A DNA stretch of 64,000 bases from assembly GCA_028280845.1 (NCBI GenBank), contig JANQKZ010000014.1, positions 60,672 through 124,671 on the forward strand, in the 5' to 3' direction. Of this stretch, positions 35,421 to 44,209 are shown piece after piece (position 1 is the stretch's first letter; each line of letters opens with the position of its first letter). The notes below the pieces were generated by a model. That model was not told the origin of the DNA. It did no database searches and saw only the letters and a list, made by a program, of their open reading frames with translations. The stretch is from Opitutales bacterium. GTDB lineage: Bacteria > Verrucomicrobiota > Verrucomicrobiia > Opitutales > JABSRG01. A program made the translations under genes and the position numbers.

Positions 35421-37694
35421 TTACTTTCCGCTCATTGCGTAGAGGTAGCCATAGAGGAGGATTTTCTGGCGCGCAGACTGTTGGGGGGTGGTTTCGCTGT
35501 TGGGAACACTATACCGGCTGTTCCAGAAGTGTTCCCCCAGTGGCCAGAGGAGCTTATCGTCGGGATAGTTGCGTTTGATGTACCATTCACAGCGGTGAAT
35601 ATCGTCGGAATCTTTCCAACCGTCCCGCATCATATAGGGAGTCCATCCGGGAGTAAGTCCGGGCGCTCCATCCCGCCGACCGGGCGCAAAGGTTTGAGTG
35701 ACGCAGCGATCCCCCAGGCCAGTCATGAGCACCAGGCCGAGGGGGTTGCGCCCCAAAGTCCACTCCGCTTCGGAATACAGGCCTTTGGCATAATAGGCCA
35801 TTGCTGCGGGATCGTCTGAAAGGTGGTGAGCAATGGCGACGAGGGACATTTCATTCATGGTGAGGGCAACTCCATCCCCATTCACCAGATCGCGAGCGGC
35901 CTTGGTGGGGCTATCTTTCATGCGGTCAACGTAACCGGTGCGCGCCTGATTCAGGATAGAGGCCTTCATATTGGCCTGCAGTTCAGGATAGGTAACTTTC
36001 TGCGGGGTGAGGATGTAAGCGGTGCTGGCATACTGTTGTCCAAATGCACGGTGGCGTCTGATGAGAGAATCAGGCCCGGAGACCACGCTCTCCACCTTCA
36101 CAATCTCTTCATACTTCCGGTCGCCGGTCAGGTTGAAAAGAAAGGCCGCCGCCGTCATGCGAAGATCGCGTCCGCGAAGTTCCATGGCCGCATCATCCAA
36201 CATACGGTTCGTTTGGGCTTCTGCCCAATTGAAGGCAGCTTGAGCAGAATCCGCGTATATCCATTGGAGGGAAGTCATCCCGGCCCGGCGAAAGCAGTCA
36301 GCCACCATGGCGCTGCCAGCGGCAACACAATAACCCTGCCAGGCGCAGGCGGCTCCTGCATAGTTTACGGTTTTGGGTGGAGTGATATTGGCAAGACCTG
36401 AGAGGTAGCCACCGTCATGATCGCGCATGCGGAGCCACCAATCGATTTCCCATAGGGCTTCATCCAGAATATCAGGTATTCCGTTATCTGTCTCAGGGAT
36501 ATAAAGTTGCCCATCTGAGAAGGCAGCAGGGTTCAGGTAGTAGGTCAGCAAAATATCAAATACACAGATGTAGTTCACCGGGCGTTGATCGTTATCATAT
36601 GCATCTGACCATCCTCCCCAAGTAGCATGGGCGACACGACCTGTGGAAGCCTCGGCGTACCAAGGCATATTGTCGGGATTGACTCCGGTAACCATATTGC
36701 GCCCGGAAATATAGACGGTGAATCCCTCTGGATCGACGCCTTGCTTGTAAAGGGGTTGGCGTGCTTTGGGGAATCCCCCCGCCGGGTCTTCTTCGCACCC
36801 CATGCGTTGGTAAAACATGCCCTGCATGGCGACCTTAAATGCCTCTTCGTATCGGTTGGGGCCAATATCAAAGGGGTATGAACTGCCCAAGCCCTCTACG
36901 ACCAGGCGGTAGGTTCCGGGCTGAGTAAAGGAGGAGAAATCGCATTGCCAGACATCGGCTCCCGTGAGGTCTTTGTCAGTTCCGGGTTCGGGCCCCTGTT
37001 TGGCATAAAATTCCACCTTGCCTGTGAAGGGGGTCGATCCCGTATCGATATTTACAAGGTGAAAGGGGGTTCCTTCAAGATGTTGGAAATCCCAAGCACC
37101 GCCGTCGCCCGCCCAAAGATATAGGTCCGCTGTCTTATGGGAGGCCGTTGCGTCGTAGCCTATATTGGAAATTTTAATCGCAGGAGACACCATCTCAGCT
37201 TCGATAAAAGTAAAGTCGATATCCAGTCGATCGGAGTTAGTGGCCCGATTGATCTTCAGGGTGTAGGTTTCGCCCGGCTTCAGATTGTGGGCAAATTTGA
37301 GGTAAATCCAATGGTGCATGGCGGGTTTGCGCTCGTCATGGCTGGCTTCCCAGACCTTGGATTTGCGGTAGACCGCAATGGGAGATCGAGCGATATCGGA
37401 TACAAGTGAATAGGTGGAGGGTTGGACGGCGACCTGCGAATCGAGCGGCTCTCCATAGGGGATGTATTGATCCTTGTCGGGGCAGAGGGACCACTTTTCG
37501 GTGTGATAAGGGCCCCATCCATTGCAGCTGCCTTCGGTGTGATCCCAGTTATACTCCACGGTGCCGTCCTGCCAGTGAATAACCAGGCTATTCGTGTCGA
37601 CCGGGCTGGCCTTTAGCAGCTTGGTTGCATTCACAGCGGGAAGACCGGCAATGAGAAATATGGAAAGGACGACTCCAGCAAGATAGCTCTTCAT
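35421..37694 (-). CDS. secreted GH9-like (alpha/alpha)6-barrel glycoside hydrolase candidate with N-terminal Ig-like domains
   Basis: 757 aa with a signal peptide. FKVAMQGMFYQRMG and WGGWSDAYDNDQRP align by eye to the GH9 QRSG and GGWYDAGD blocks but are divergent. Confidence 0.55.
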   Translation of the reverse strand: MKSYLAGVVLSIFLIAGLPAVNATKLLKASPVDTNSLVIHWQDGTVEYNWDHTEGSCNGWGPYHTEKWSLCPDKDQYIPYGEPLDSQVAVQPSTYSLVSDIARSPIAVYRKSKVWEASHDERKPAMHHWIYLKFAHNLKPGETYTLKINRATNSDRLDIDFTFIEAEMVSPAIKISNIGYDATASHKTADLYLWAGDGGAWDFQHLEGTPFHLVNIDTGSTPFTGKVEFYAKQGPEPGTDKDLTGADVWQCDFSSFTQPGTYRLVVEGLGSSYPFDIGPNRYEEAFKVAMQGMFYQRMGCEEDPAGGFPKARQPLYKQGVDPEGFTVYISGRNMVTGVNPDNMPWYAEASTGRVAHATWGGWSDAYDNDQRPVNYICVFDILLTYYLNPAAFSDGQLYIPETDNGIPDILDEALWEIDWWLRMRDHDGGYLSGLANITPPKTVNYAGAACAWQGYCVAAGSAMVADCFRRAGMTSLQWIYADSAQAAFNWAEAQTNRMLDDAAMELRGRDLRMTAAAFLFNLTGDRKYEEIVKVESVVSGPDSLIRRHRAFGQQYASTAYILTPQKVTYPELQANMKASILNQARTGYVDRMKDSPTKAARDLVNGDGVALTMNEMSLVAIAHHLSDDPAAMAYYAKGLYSEAEWTLGRNPLGLVLMTGLGDRCVTQTFAPGRRDGAPGLTPGWTPYMMRDGWKDSDDIHRCEWYIKRNYPDDKLLWPLGEHFWNSRYSVPNSETTPQQSARQKILLYGYLYAMSGK

Positions 37695-37715
37695 GTTTTA
37701 TCTGTATTGAAATTA

Positions 37716-39617
37716 TTAATACCGTCTTATCTCGACCCCCAGGTTGATTTGAACTTTGTCAAGAGCCATGCCGATAAACATGGGGTAATACCAGTTCGCA
37801 TAACGCCCCCAGACGGGGCCTTGAATTCGGGTGAAGGCGGCCTGCACCCGAGGGAGGGCCGGGCGGGCGGCGGTGCCCACTTCGGCCAGAGCGCGGGCGG
37901 CCCGGAGGGCATAGGCGGGCTCGGTGTTGATGAAATCTTCGAGGCGGGTGAGGAGGTGGTCGAGGGCATCGGTCCGGTTGGGATTGAAGGTGAGGAGGGC
38001 TTCCGCTGCGACGATAGACACGGAGGGGTCTCGATCCGTCAGGAGCTCGCTGAGCAGGGGTTCGGACTCCGGATAAAAATCAGGGCGCCCGAGCAGCCCA
38101 AGGGCGGCCCAATGGCGGACGGCATTATCGGAGGCATGGGCGAGGGTGCGGAGCTGAGTAAGTGTGGTATCGGGGTGGCTGGCGGTTTCGGCGGCCTCAA
38201 GGATGGTGTCCAGAGCATAGCGCTTTGGGTCCTGAGCCATGTCGTAAATAGAGTCATGGGCGCCTCGGCGCATCATTTCCCCTTCGGCGAGGAAGGCGGC
38301 ATCTCGGATTTCGAGGGTCCATGTATTCAATTTCTGATGGAGATCTGCTTTGATCTCAGCGTAGGCGGGATCCTCGGCCAGGTTGTTCATTTCATTCGGA
38401 TCTTCCCAAAGGTCATACAACTCCTCATGCGGTTTGGGTTGGAACATGGCCTCAATGAAGGCAGGAGCCTTTCCCGATTCCATGACTTGGCGGACTTCGC
38501 GGACGGATCCCTTGGTGTCGGAAAAGATGACCGAGTTACGCAGGTAGGGGCGAAATGGCATGTAGTTCCGGATGTAGAGGTAACGTTCATTCCGAACGCA
38601 GCGGGAGAGGTCTTCGACATCGTCAGCCCGGTCGCGGGCCCCAAAGTTATAGGCATCCAGGTTAAGTTTTTCGTAAGCCCCGCCGAGGAAGGTCTGCCCC
38701 TGGTGGGCGGGCAGCGGTGGGAGTCCGGCAAGCTTCAAGGTGGTGGCCGGCAAGTCGACAAAGCCGACTCGGGCATCGCTGGTGGTGCCCATGGCCTGGG
38801 GGGCCAGGTGGGCCCATTTTTCCGGAATGTGGACCATGAGCGGGACCTTTAGCCCGGTTTCATAGAGCCACCGTTTATAGCGGGGAAAACCGGAACCATG
38901 ATCGGAAAAGAAGAAGATGATCGTGTTATCTTTCAGTCCGTCGGCTTCGAGATCGGCCAGGACGGAACCGAAAAAGGCGTCCATGGCGGTAATCAGATCG
39001 TAGTGGTGGGCTACGATATTCCGGATACCGGGCGTGTCGGGCAGATGCGGAGGGATGGGTGCCCGGGCAGGATCATGGGGGGCGATATCATCCCCTGCGA
39101 CGTCACGGAAACTGTTGGTGTGGCCTTCATGGGTTTCCTGAAAGTTGACCACATGATAAAACGGTTGGTCGGGATCGGGGCGGTTGCGCCAGTGGGCTTC
39201 GCCGCTGTTTTCATCCCACAATCCCTCAGGAGAAAAATTATAATCCGTTTTCCGATTATTTGTACAATAGTAACCGGCTTCGCGCAGCAGGACAGGGAGA
39301 GGGTTCACTTTGGGCGATTGAGGAATTACACTGCGCAGGTTCATACTTCCCAGCGAAATGGAATAGGCCCCGGTTACGAGGGTAGAGCGCGCGGGTGCGC
39401 AGATCGGCATGGTAGACCAGGCGTTCGTGTAGCGAATGGCCTTTTGGGAAAAAGTATCGAGGTTGGGGGTGTAGGCGTATTCGTCTCCATAGCACCCAAG
39501 GAAGGGGCTCATGTCCTCACACGTGATCCAGAGGATGTTAGGCCGGTCCCGGGCAGTCCCCGAGGATACAAGGCCTAGAATGAACAGGAGTAAGAAAAGG
39601 GTGAGTCTGGGTTTCAT
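37716..39617 (-). CDS. sulfatase fused to a C-terminal HEAT/armadillo-like repeat domain
   Basis: 633 aa with a signal peptide. Motifs are PNILWITCEDMS and ICAPARSTLVTGAY (C-x-P-x-R). The C-terminal ~190 aa have repeated helical units (AVRHWAALGLLG, DPSVSIVAAEALL, ALRAARALAEVG). Confidence 0.85.
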   Translation of the reverse strand: MKPRLTLFLLLFILGLVSSGTARDRPNILWITCEDMSPFLGCYGDEYAYTPNLDTFSQKAIRYTNAWSTMPICAPARSTLVTGAYSISLGSMNLRSVIPQSPKVNPLPVLLREAGYYCTNNRKTDYNFSPEGLWDENSGEAHWRNRPDPDQPFYHVVNFQETHEGHTNSFRDVAGDDIAPHDPARAPIPPHLPDTPGIRNIVAHHYDLITAMDAFFGSVLADLEADGLKDNTIIFFFSDHGSGFPRYKRWLYETGLKVPLMVHIPEKWAHLAPQAMGTTSDARVGFVDLPATTLKLAGLPPLPAHQGQTFLGGAYEKLNLDAYNFGARDRADDVEDLSRCVRNERYLYIRNYMPFRPYLRNSVIFSDTKGSVREVRQVMESGKAPAFIEAMFQPKPHEELYDLWEDPNEMNNLAEDPAYAEIKADLHQKLNTWTLEIRDAAFLAEGEMMRRGAHDSIYDMAQDPKRYALDTILEAAETASHPDTTLTQLRTLAHASDNAVRHWAALGLLGRPDFYPESEPLLSELLTDRDPSVSIVAAEALLTFNPNRTDALDHLLTRLEDFINTEPAYALRAARALAEVGTAARPALPRVQAAFTRIQGPVWGRYANWYYPMFIGMALDKVQINLGVEIRRY

Positions 39618-39644
39618 AAGGCGATAGGCAAAAAAGAGGGGGGA

Positions 39645-41063
39645 TTACTTTCCTTCAGCTTCCCACTGTTTCATTAAGGCGATATTGCGCTCCAGGATTT
39701 CCCGTTGGCCCTCGTGTCGGCCGCCGGTATACACCGCCATGTCGGAGTCGTATTGGGCTCCTTCGGGAAGCTGCCCCTGGTCTCCCGTATCTGTGATCCA
39801 GGTATCGAGGAGGTTACGATGGGTCTTGAGGACTTCCATATAGGCGGGGTGGGCGGCCAGGTTGTTCAATTCCCATGGGTCACTGGCAAGATCATATAAT
39901 TCCTCTACCGGGCGAACCGGAGCGACCAGTGCGACCTGGTTCTCATTCAGTTTCCCCGCCTTTCCCCACTCGCGAACCGCTTGAACGATGGCCTTGTCAT
40001 CTTTGTAGCGGTTAGGCTGCAGGTGAGGGCGATCCGGATAGCCATTTCGGATATATTTAAATTGCTTTGTGCGTACACTGCGCAGCTGTTCCACGGTCTC
40101 GTCGCAGCGATCGCGGGCCGAGATAACAAATTCGCGTTGCGCGCCGGGTTCCAACACATTTCGAGCCTGCATCCAGTCGGGGATGTCGATACCGGCAAGG
40201 GCGAGGGAGATGGCGGCCATGTCAATGTGGGCGATCAATTCATCATTGATGACTCCGGCCGGGACGGCGGGCCCTTTCACGATAAACGGAATTTTTATGC
40301 CCTCCTCATAGAGAAACTGTTTCCCCCGGACATGGCTGACTCCGTGGTCGGTCATGAAAATGATTACTGTGTTGTCCAGTCTACCCGCTTCTTTGAGCTG
40401 GTCCAAAATTCGACCCACTTCGATATCTGTGTAATTGACGGTATCCAGATAGGCGGCCCAGTCCTGCAGCAGAACGGGGTGGTTCGGATAGTAAGGAGGC
40501 AAGGTAACTGCATCGGGGGCAATCAGCGCTGGCAGTTCTTGGGCCACTCTGGCATTGAGAATCCCCAGGTGATTTCTCCATTTTCCTCCGCGAAGATGGA
40601 TCTGGGCGAAGAAAGGTTGGTTTGTGGGCGCATCCGTCCAGTCCTGGGCATCGTACATGGTGCGATCCCATTCAAAATTATAATCGGTCTTTCTGTTATT
40701 GGCGGTGAAGTAGCCTGCGTCCTGGAATAATTCGGGCAGAGGTCGGACCGGGTAGGGCAGGTGGATTTTGACTTCGCCCCGCCCACTGCGGTGATGATGC
40801 GCGCCGATGGTGGTTTGATACATACCATTAATCATGGCCGATCGGGCCGTTGAGCAAACGGGAGCCGTGACAAAAGCCTGGGTAAAGGTGGTTCCATCCC
40901 GGGCCAGTTGGTCAATGACGGGAGTATCGACGAGCGCTTCCCCCTGATAGCCGAAATGAGAGGACATGTCTTCTACTGTGATCCAGAGGATATTGGGGCG
41001 GGAATCCGCCTCGAGCAGGGGGGCCAGGACGCAAGCCAGAAGAAGTAGAATGATTTGGGGCAT
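39645..41063 (-). CDS. sulfatase with a variant active-site motif C-S-T-A-R
   Basis: The ATG at 41063 gives the signal peptide [19 protein letters not shown]; the track ORF extends to 41147. Motifs are [12 protein letters not shown] and [16 protein letters not shown]. The motif codons are at 40856..40842. Confidence 0.85.
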   Translation of the reverse strand: MPQIILLLLACVLAPLLEADSRPNILWITVEDMSSHFGYQGEALVDTPVIDQLARDGTTFTQAFVTAPVCSTARSAMINGMYQTTIGAHHHRSGRGEVKIHLPYPVRPLPELFQDAGYFTANNRKTDYNFEWDRTMYDAQDWTDAPTNQPFFAQIHLRGGKWRNHLGILNARVAQELPALIAPDAVTLPPYYPNHPVLLQDWAAYLDTVNYTDIEVGRILDQLKEAGRLDNTVIIFMTDHGVSHVRGKQFLYEEGIKIPFIVKGPAVPAGVINDELIAHIDMAAISLALAGIDIPDWMQARNVLEPGAQREFVISARDRCDETVEQLRSVRTKQFKYIRNGYPDRPHLQPNRYKDDKAIVQAVREWGKAGKLNENQVALVAPVRPVEELYDLASDPWELNNLAAHPAYMEVLKTHRNLLDTWITDTGDQGQLPEGAQYDSDMAVYTGGRHEGQREILERNIALMKQWEAEGK

Positions 41064-41384
41064 GTTGTGGAGTTCTGGGTTATGGTTGAGAATAAAAAAG
41101 GTATTCTGCATTTCGATGGAGGGGTTAGCCAACGTTGAAGAACACAAGATTTAAACTATTTTTATGGGGCCGGGCTTAGTCGGAGAGATTACTCTTGGCG
41201 GTATGGGCAGTTTGACCCAGACCAGCATAGGTGACCGCCTGTTAGCGGACCTGATTCCGGATTTGCGAGCTGCCTTAAAGCCATCTCCCCGAAGTTGTCG
41301 ACCAGTCGGGCTGAGGGAATTGTTGGCGGCGTGCCGGGGTATTTCGCTGTTGCGTGAAGGGGGAGCAGCAGCCAAAACCCTTGC

Positions 41385-42704
41385 ATGGTCGAAGAAGACG
41401 GCGGTTCATTTCTCATTCATGCCCTGCGAGGGATTTTTGGAATTCTTGTGCTTCTCGGAGTTTGCTACGCGTTCAGTTCGAATCGAAAGCAAATCAACTG
41501 GCGCCTGGTGGGTGGAGGGATAGGCTTGCAGTTTGTGTTAGCCATCCTCGTGTTGAAGGTACCGTTTGTCGAGCAGACCCTTCGCATGATCTCCATGTTT
41601 TTTGTCGAGGTCCTCGGGTTTTCCGCTCAGGGAGGTGCCTTTATTTTTGGGGAATTGACCACAGATGCGGGAAGCTATGGGGCGATATTTGCCTTTAGAG
41701 TGGTGCCCTCGATTATCTTTTTCTCCGCAGTCACATCGGTGCTCTACTACTTGGGAATTCTCCAGAAATTTGTCTACGTGTTCGCCTGGATCATGAAGAA
41801 AACCATGCGTCTATCCGGGGCGGAGAGTCTGGCTGCCGCGGCCAACATCTTCCTGGGGCAAACTGAAGCTCCTCTGGTGGTGAAACCCTATATCGAGAAG
41901 ATGACCCGTAGCGAGATCCTGGCCTTAATGACGGGGGGAATGGCCACGATTGCGGGCGCGGTCATGGTGGCGTTCATTGGCTTTCTAGGTGGGGAAGACC
42001 CCGTGATGCAGGCTGAATTTGGAAAACACTTACTCACCGCTTCGCTGCTCAACGCCCCGGGGGCACTGGTGTGCGCGAAAATCCTTTTACCGGAGAGCGA
42101 GCATGTTAATGAACGGCTGGAGATATCGAAGGACCGCCTGGGCGTAAATGTATTTGATTCCGCTTGCGGAGGGACGACACAAGGGGTCGCCCTGGCTTTC
42201 AATGTAGCGGCTATGTTGATGGTGTTTATTGCCTTTATCGCCATGTTTAATTTCGTGTTGTCGAACTGGCTTGGCAACTGGACGGGTTTGAATGCCTGGG
42301 TGGCTGAAAACACAGGAGGACAATTTGAGGCCTTTTCTTTGGAATATATCTTTGGTCTGCTGTTTGCACCAGTAGCCTGGATTATCGGGGTGGACTGGGC
42401 CAGCGCGATGCAGGTCGGGCGCCTGCTCGGAGAAAAGTTGGTGCTCAATGAATTTGTCGCCTACGCCAACTTGGGGGAGTTGATTCGATCGGACTTATTG
42501 ACGGATCCTCGAGCAGTTATCATTTCCACATATGCGCTGTGCGGATTTGCCAATTTCAGTTCAATGGGAATCCAGATTGGAGGTATCGGCAGCCTGGCAC
42601 CCGGCCGTCGTGGTACCTTGAGCGAGCTGGCATTTCGCGCTTTGCTGGGCGGCACGATCGCCTGCTTGATTTCGGCCTCCATTGCCGGGGTGTTAGTGGC
42701 TTAA
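41385..42704 (+). CDS. nupC: NupC/CNT-family concentrative nucleoside transporter
   Basis: 439 aa. N-terminal RGIFGILVLLGVCYAFSSNRKQINWRLV, with CNT-family C-terminal blocks (NEFVAY, ALCGFANFSS). Confidence 0.85.
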   Translation: MVEEDGGSFLIHALRGIFGILVLLGVCYAFSSNRKQINWRLVGGGIGLQFVLAILVLKVPFVEQTLRMISMFFVEVLGFSAQGGAFIFGELTTDAGSYGAIFAFRVVPSIIFFSAVTSVLYYLGILQKFVYVFAWIMKKTMRLSGAESLAAAANIFLGQTEAPLVVKPYIEKMTRSEILALMTGGMATIAGAVMVAFIGFLGGEDPVMQAEFGKHLLTASLLNAPGALVCAKILLPESEHVNERLEISKDRLGVNVFDSACGGTTQGVALAFNVAAMLMVFIAFIAMFNFVLSNWLGNWTGLNAWVAENTGGQFEAFSLEYIFGLLFAPVAWIIGVDWASAMQVGRLLGEKLVLNEFVAYANLGELIRSDLLTDPRAVIISTYALCGFANFSSMGIQIGGIGSLAPGRRGTLSELAFRALLGGTIACLISASIAGVLVA

Positions 42705-43492
42705 CCCGTATCCCGGCCTGGCGTTTTGCGCCACATCATCGGCGTGGTTTCCGCAATGGGTCTAAAGCCCATGGGTTCGAGGATGCGTTGACTGGCGGGA
42801 AAGGCATCTACGAAGGCATACTTCACACCAGCGGCTCGCAATAGCTCCAAACGCCTCCGGACCAGGGTTCGATAGTATCCCTGCTTTCGATACGGTTCCA
42901 AGGTTCCCCCACAAAACAGTCCTGCAAATTCGTTTTCAAAATCATCGAAATCCACACGGCCAACGGCGACCGGAATACCGTCCGGAGTATGGGCCATAAA
43001 GATGGCAATGGATTTAGGATCATTCAGGAGCCGGCGGCGGGTCCATGCCCCGGCCGTATCTCCAAAAATCTTCCGGCAGAGTTGGTCAAAAATATCCCAA
43101 TCCTCCCTCGTGTGGATCTGCCGGACCGTTTCCATGGGCCTGGGAGCTTGAGGAAGCGGGGTTTCGTAGACATCGAACACCATGAAAGCTTCGGTCTGTC
43201 CCCGTTTGAACCCTTTAGATTCCAGGACCTGAACCAGGTCAGGCGGTGGGTCATGGGAATACACTTTCCATTCAAAGGATTGGTCCAGGGCATCGTAGTG
43301 ATCGGTTTGCCGTTGGATAAAGGCGTCCAGGTCTTCCTGGCCCGGATCCGCAAACAGCAGAAAGCCTGTCTCGTCGGCTTCTTTTCCGGTTGTGCGAACC
43401 ACCCCGTCGTTAATCTCCCATTCCCCCCGGGGATGGCGGCGATGCCGATCGAAGCGTTCAAGGATGGCTTCGGTGGACTCTGTTGAGTTCAT
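42701..43492 (-). CDS. GNAT-family acetyltransferase
   Basis: 263 aa. The acetyl-CoA-binding region is YRKQGYYRTLVRRRLELLRAAG. Confidence 0.7.
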   Translation of the reverse strand: MNSTESTEAILERFDRHRRHPRGEWEINDGVVRTTGKEADETGFLLFADPGQEDLDAFIQRQTDHYDALDQSFEWKVYSHDPPPDLVQVLESKGFKRGQTEAFMVFDVYETPLPQAPRPMETVRQIHTREDWDIFDQLCRKIFGDTAGAWTRRRLLNDPKSIAIFMAHTPDGIPVAVGRVDFDDFENEFAGLFCGGTLEPYRKQGYYRTLVRRRLELLRAAGVKYAFVDAFPASQRILEPMGFRPIAETTPMMWRKTPGRDTG

Positions 43493-44209
43493 CTACCTGG
43501 ATTCCTTTACCCCTTTGGAAACAGACTTTGGGATTCCCCACCAGATGCCAAAGGCAGCCCCGCAGGCTCCGCCCATGATATGGGCAAACTGGGAGATGTG
43601 ATCCTCACCAAAGGCGGATGCGATTTCCTTTCCCAGGAAGAGGACCGAGACGATAAGAAAGGTAAGTGGAATGGTGTTTTTCTGATAATTGGCAAAGCTG
43701 GTGAGTAAAATCATCATGAAGGTGATCCCGCTGGCACCCAAAAGCGTTGAATTGAAAATCAGGGTGTGGAAAATGCCGGTAATGAGGGCGGTAAGGAGGG
43801 TAAACAGGGACAGGCGCAGGGTGCCGTACTTCTCCTCGAGGAGAGGGCCGACAAGGAGAATAATGGTGAAATTTGCGAGGAAGTGGGCCCAGCTCCAACT
43901 CCCCATGGTGTAGGTGAATAACCGGATGTAAAAAAGCGGGTTCGCATAGTCAAAGCTCCCGGGCAGGCTGAACACGTCCCGAGTGGTGGCGCCGCCTGTC
44001 ATGGTGTGGAGCAGCAGAGCTACCAGAGAGAGCGCGGCATAAGTCAGGATGAGGGGGGAATTAATGTCGATACGGATCGATTCCTTTTTCCAGGGAACGC
44101 GTGTCTTAAGGGTCTTATTCCAGGATTTCCGGTATGCCTGTTTGGAGGCGAGAGTCTCCGGGGAGGGTTCGCTCGAGCCGGTTTTGGATGAGGTGGGTTC
44201 AGCGTTCAC
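43493..44209 (-). CDS. rhomboid-family intramembrane serine protease
   Basis: 238 aa polytopic protein. Catalytic GASG (LLGASGITF) and the downstream H in FAHIMGGACGAAFG. It directly abuts the GNAT gene. Confidence 0.8.
   Translation of the reverse strand: MNAEPTSSKTGSSEPSPETLASKQAYRKSWNKTLKTRVPWKKESIRIDINSPLILTYAALSLVALLLHTMTGGATTRDVFSLPGSFDYANPLFYIRLFTYTMGSWSWAHFLANFTIILLVGPLLEEKYGTLRLSLFTLLTALITGIFHTLIFNSTLLGASGITFMMILLTSFANYQKNTIPLTFLIVSVLFLGKEIASAFGEDHISQFAHIMGGACGAAFGIWWGIPKSVSKGVKESR

Noticed and set aside
37707-38852. 381-aa plus-strand ORF (Gly-rich)
   Set aside because: It is antisense to the sulfatase-HEAT gene. Its composition is low-complexity G/E/V, typical of shadow frames.
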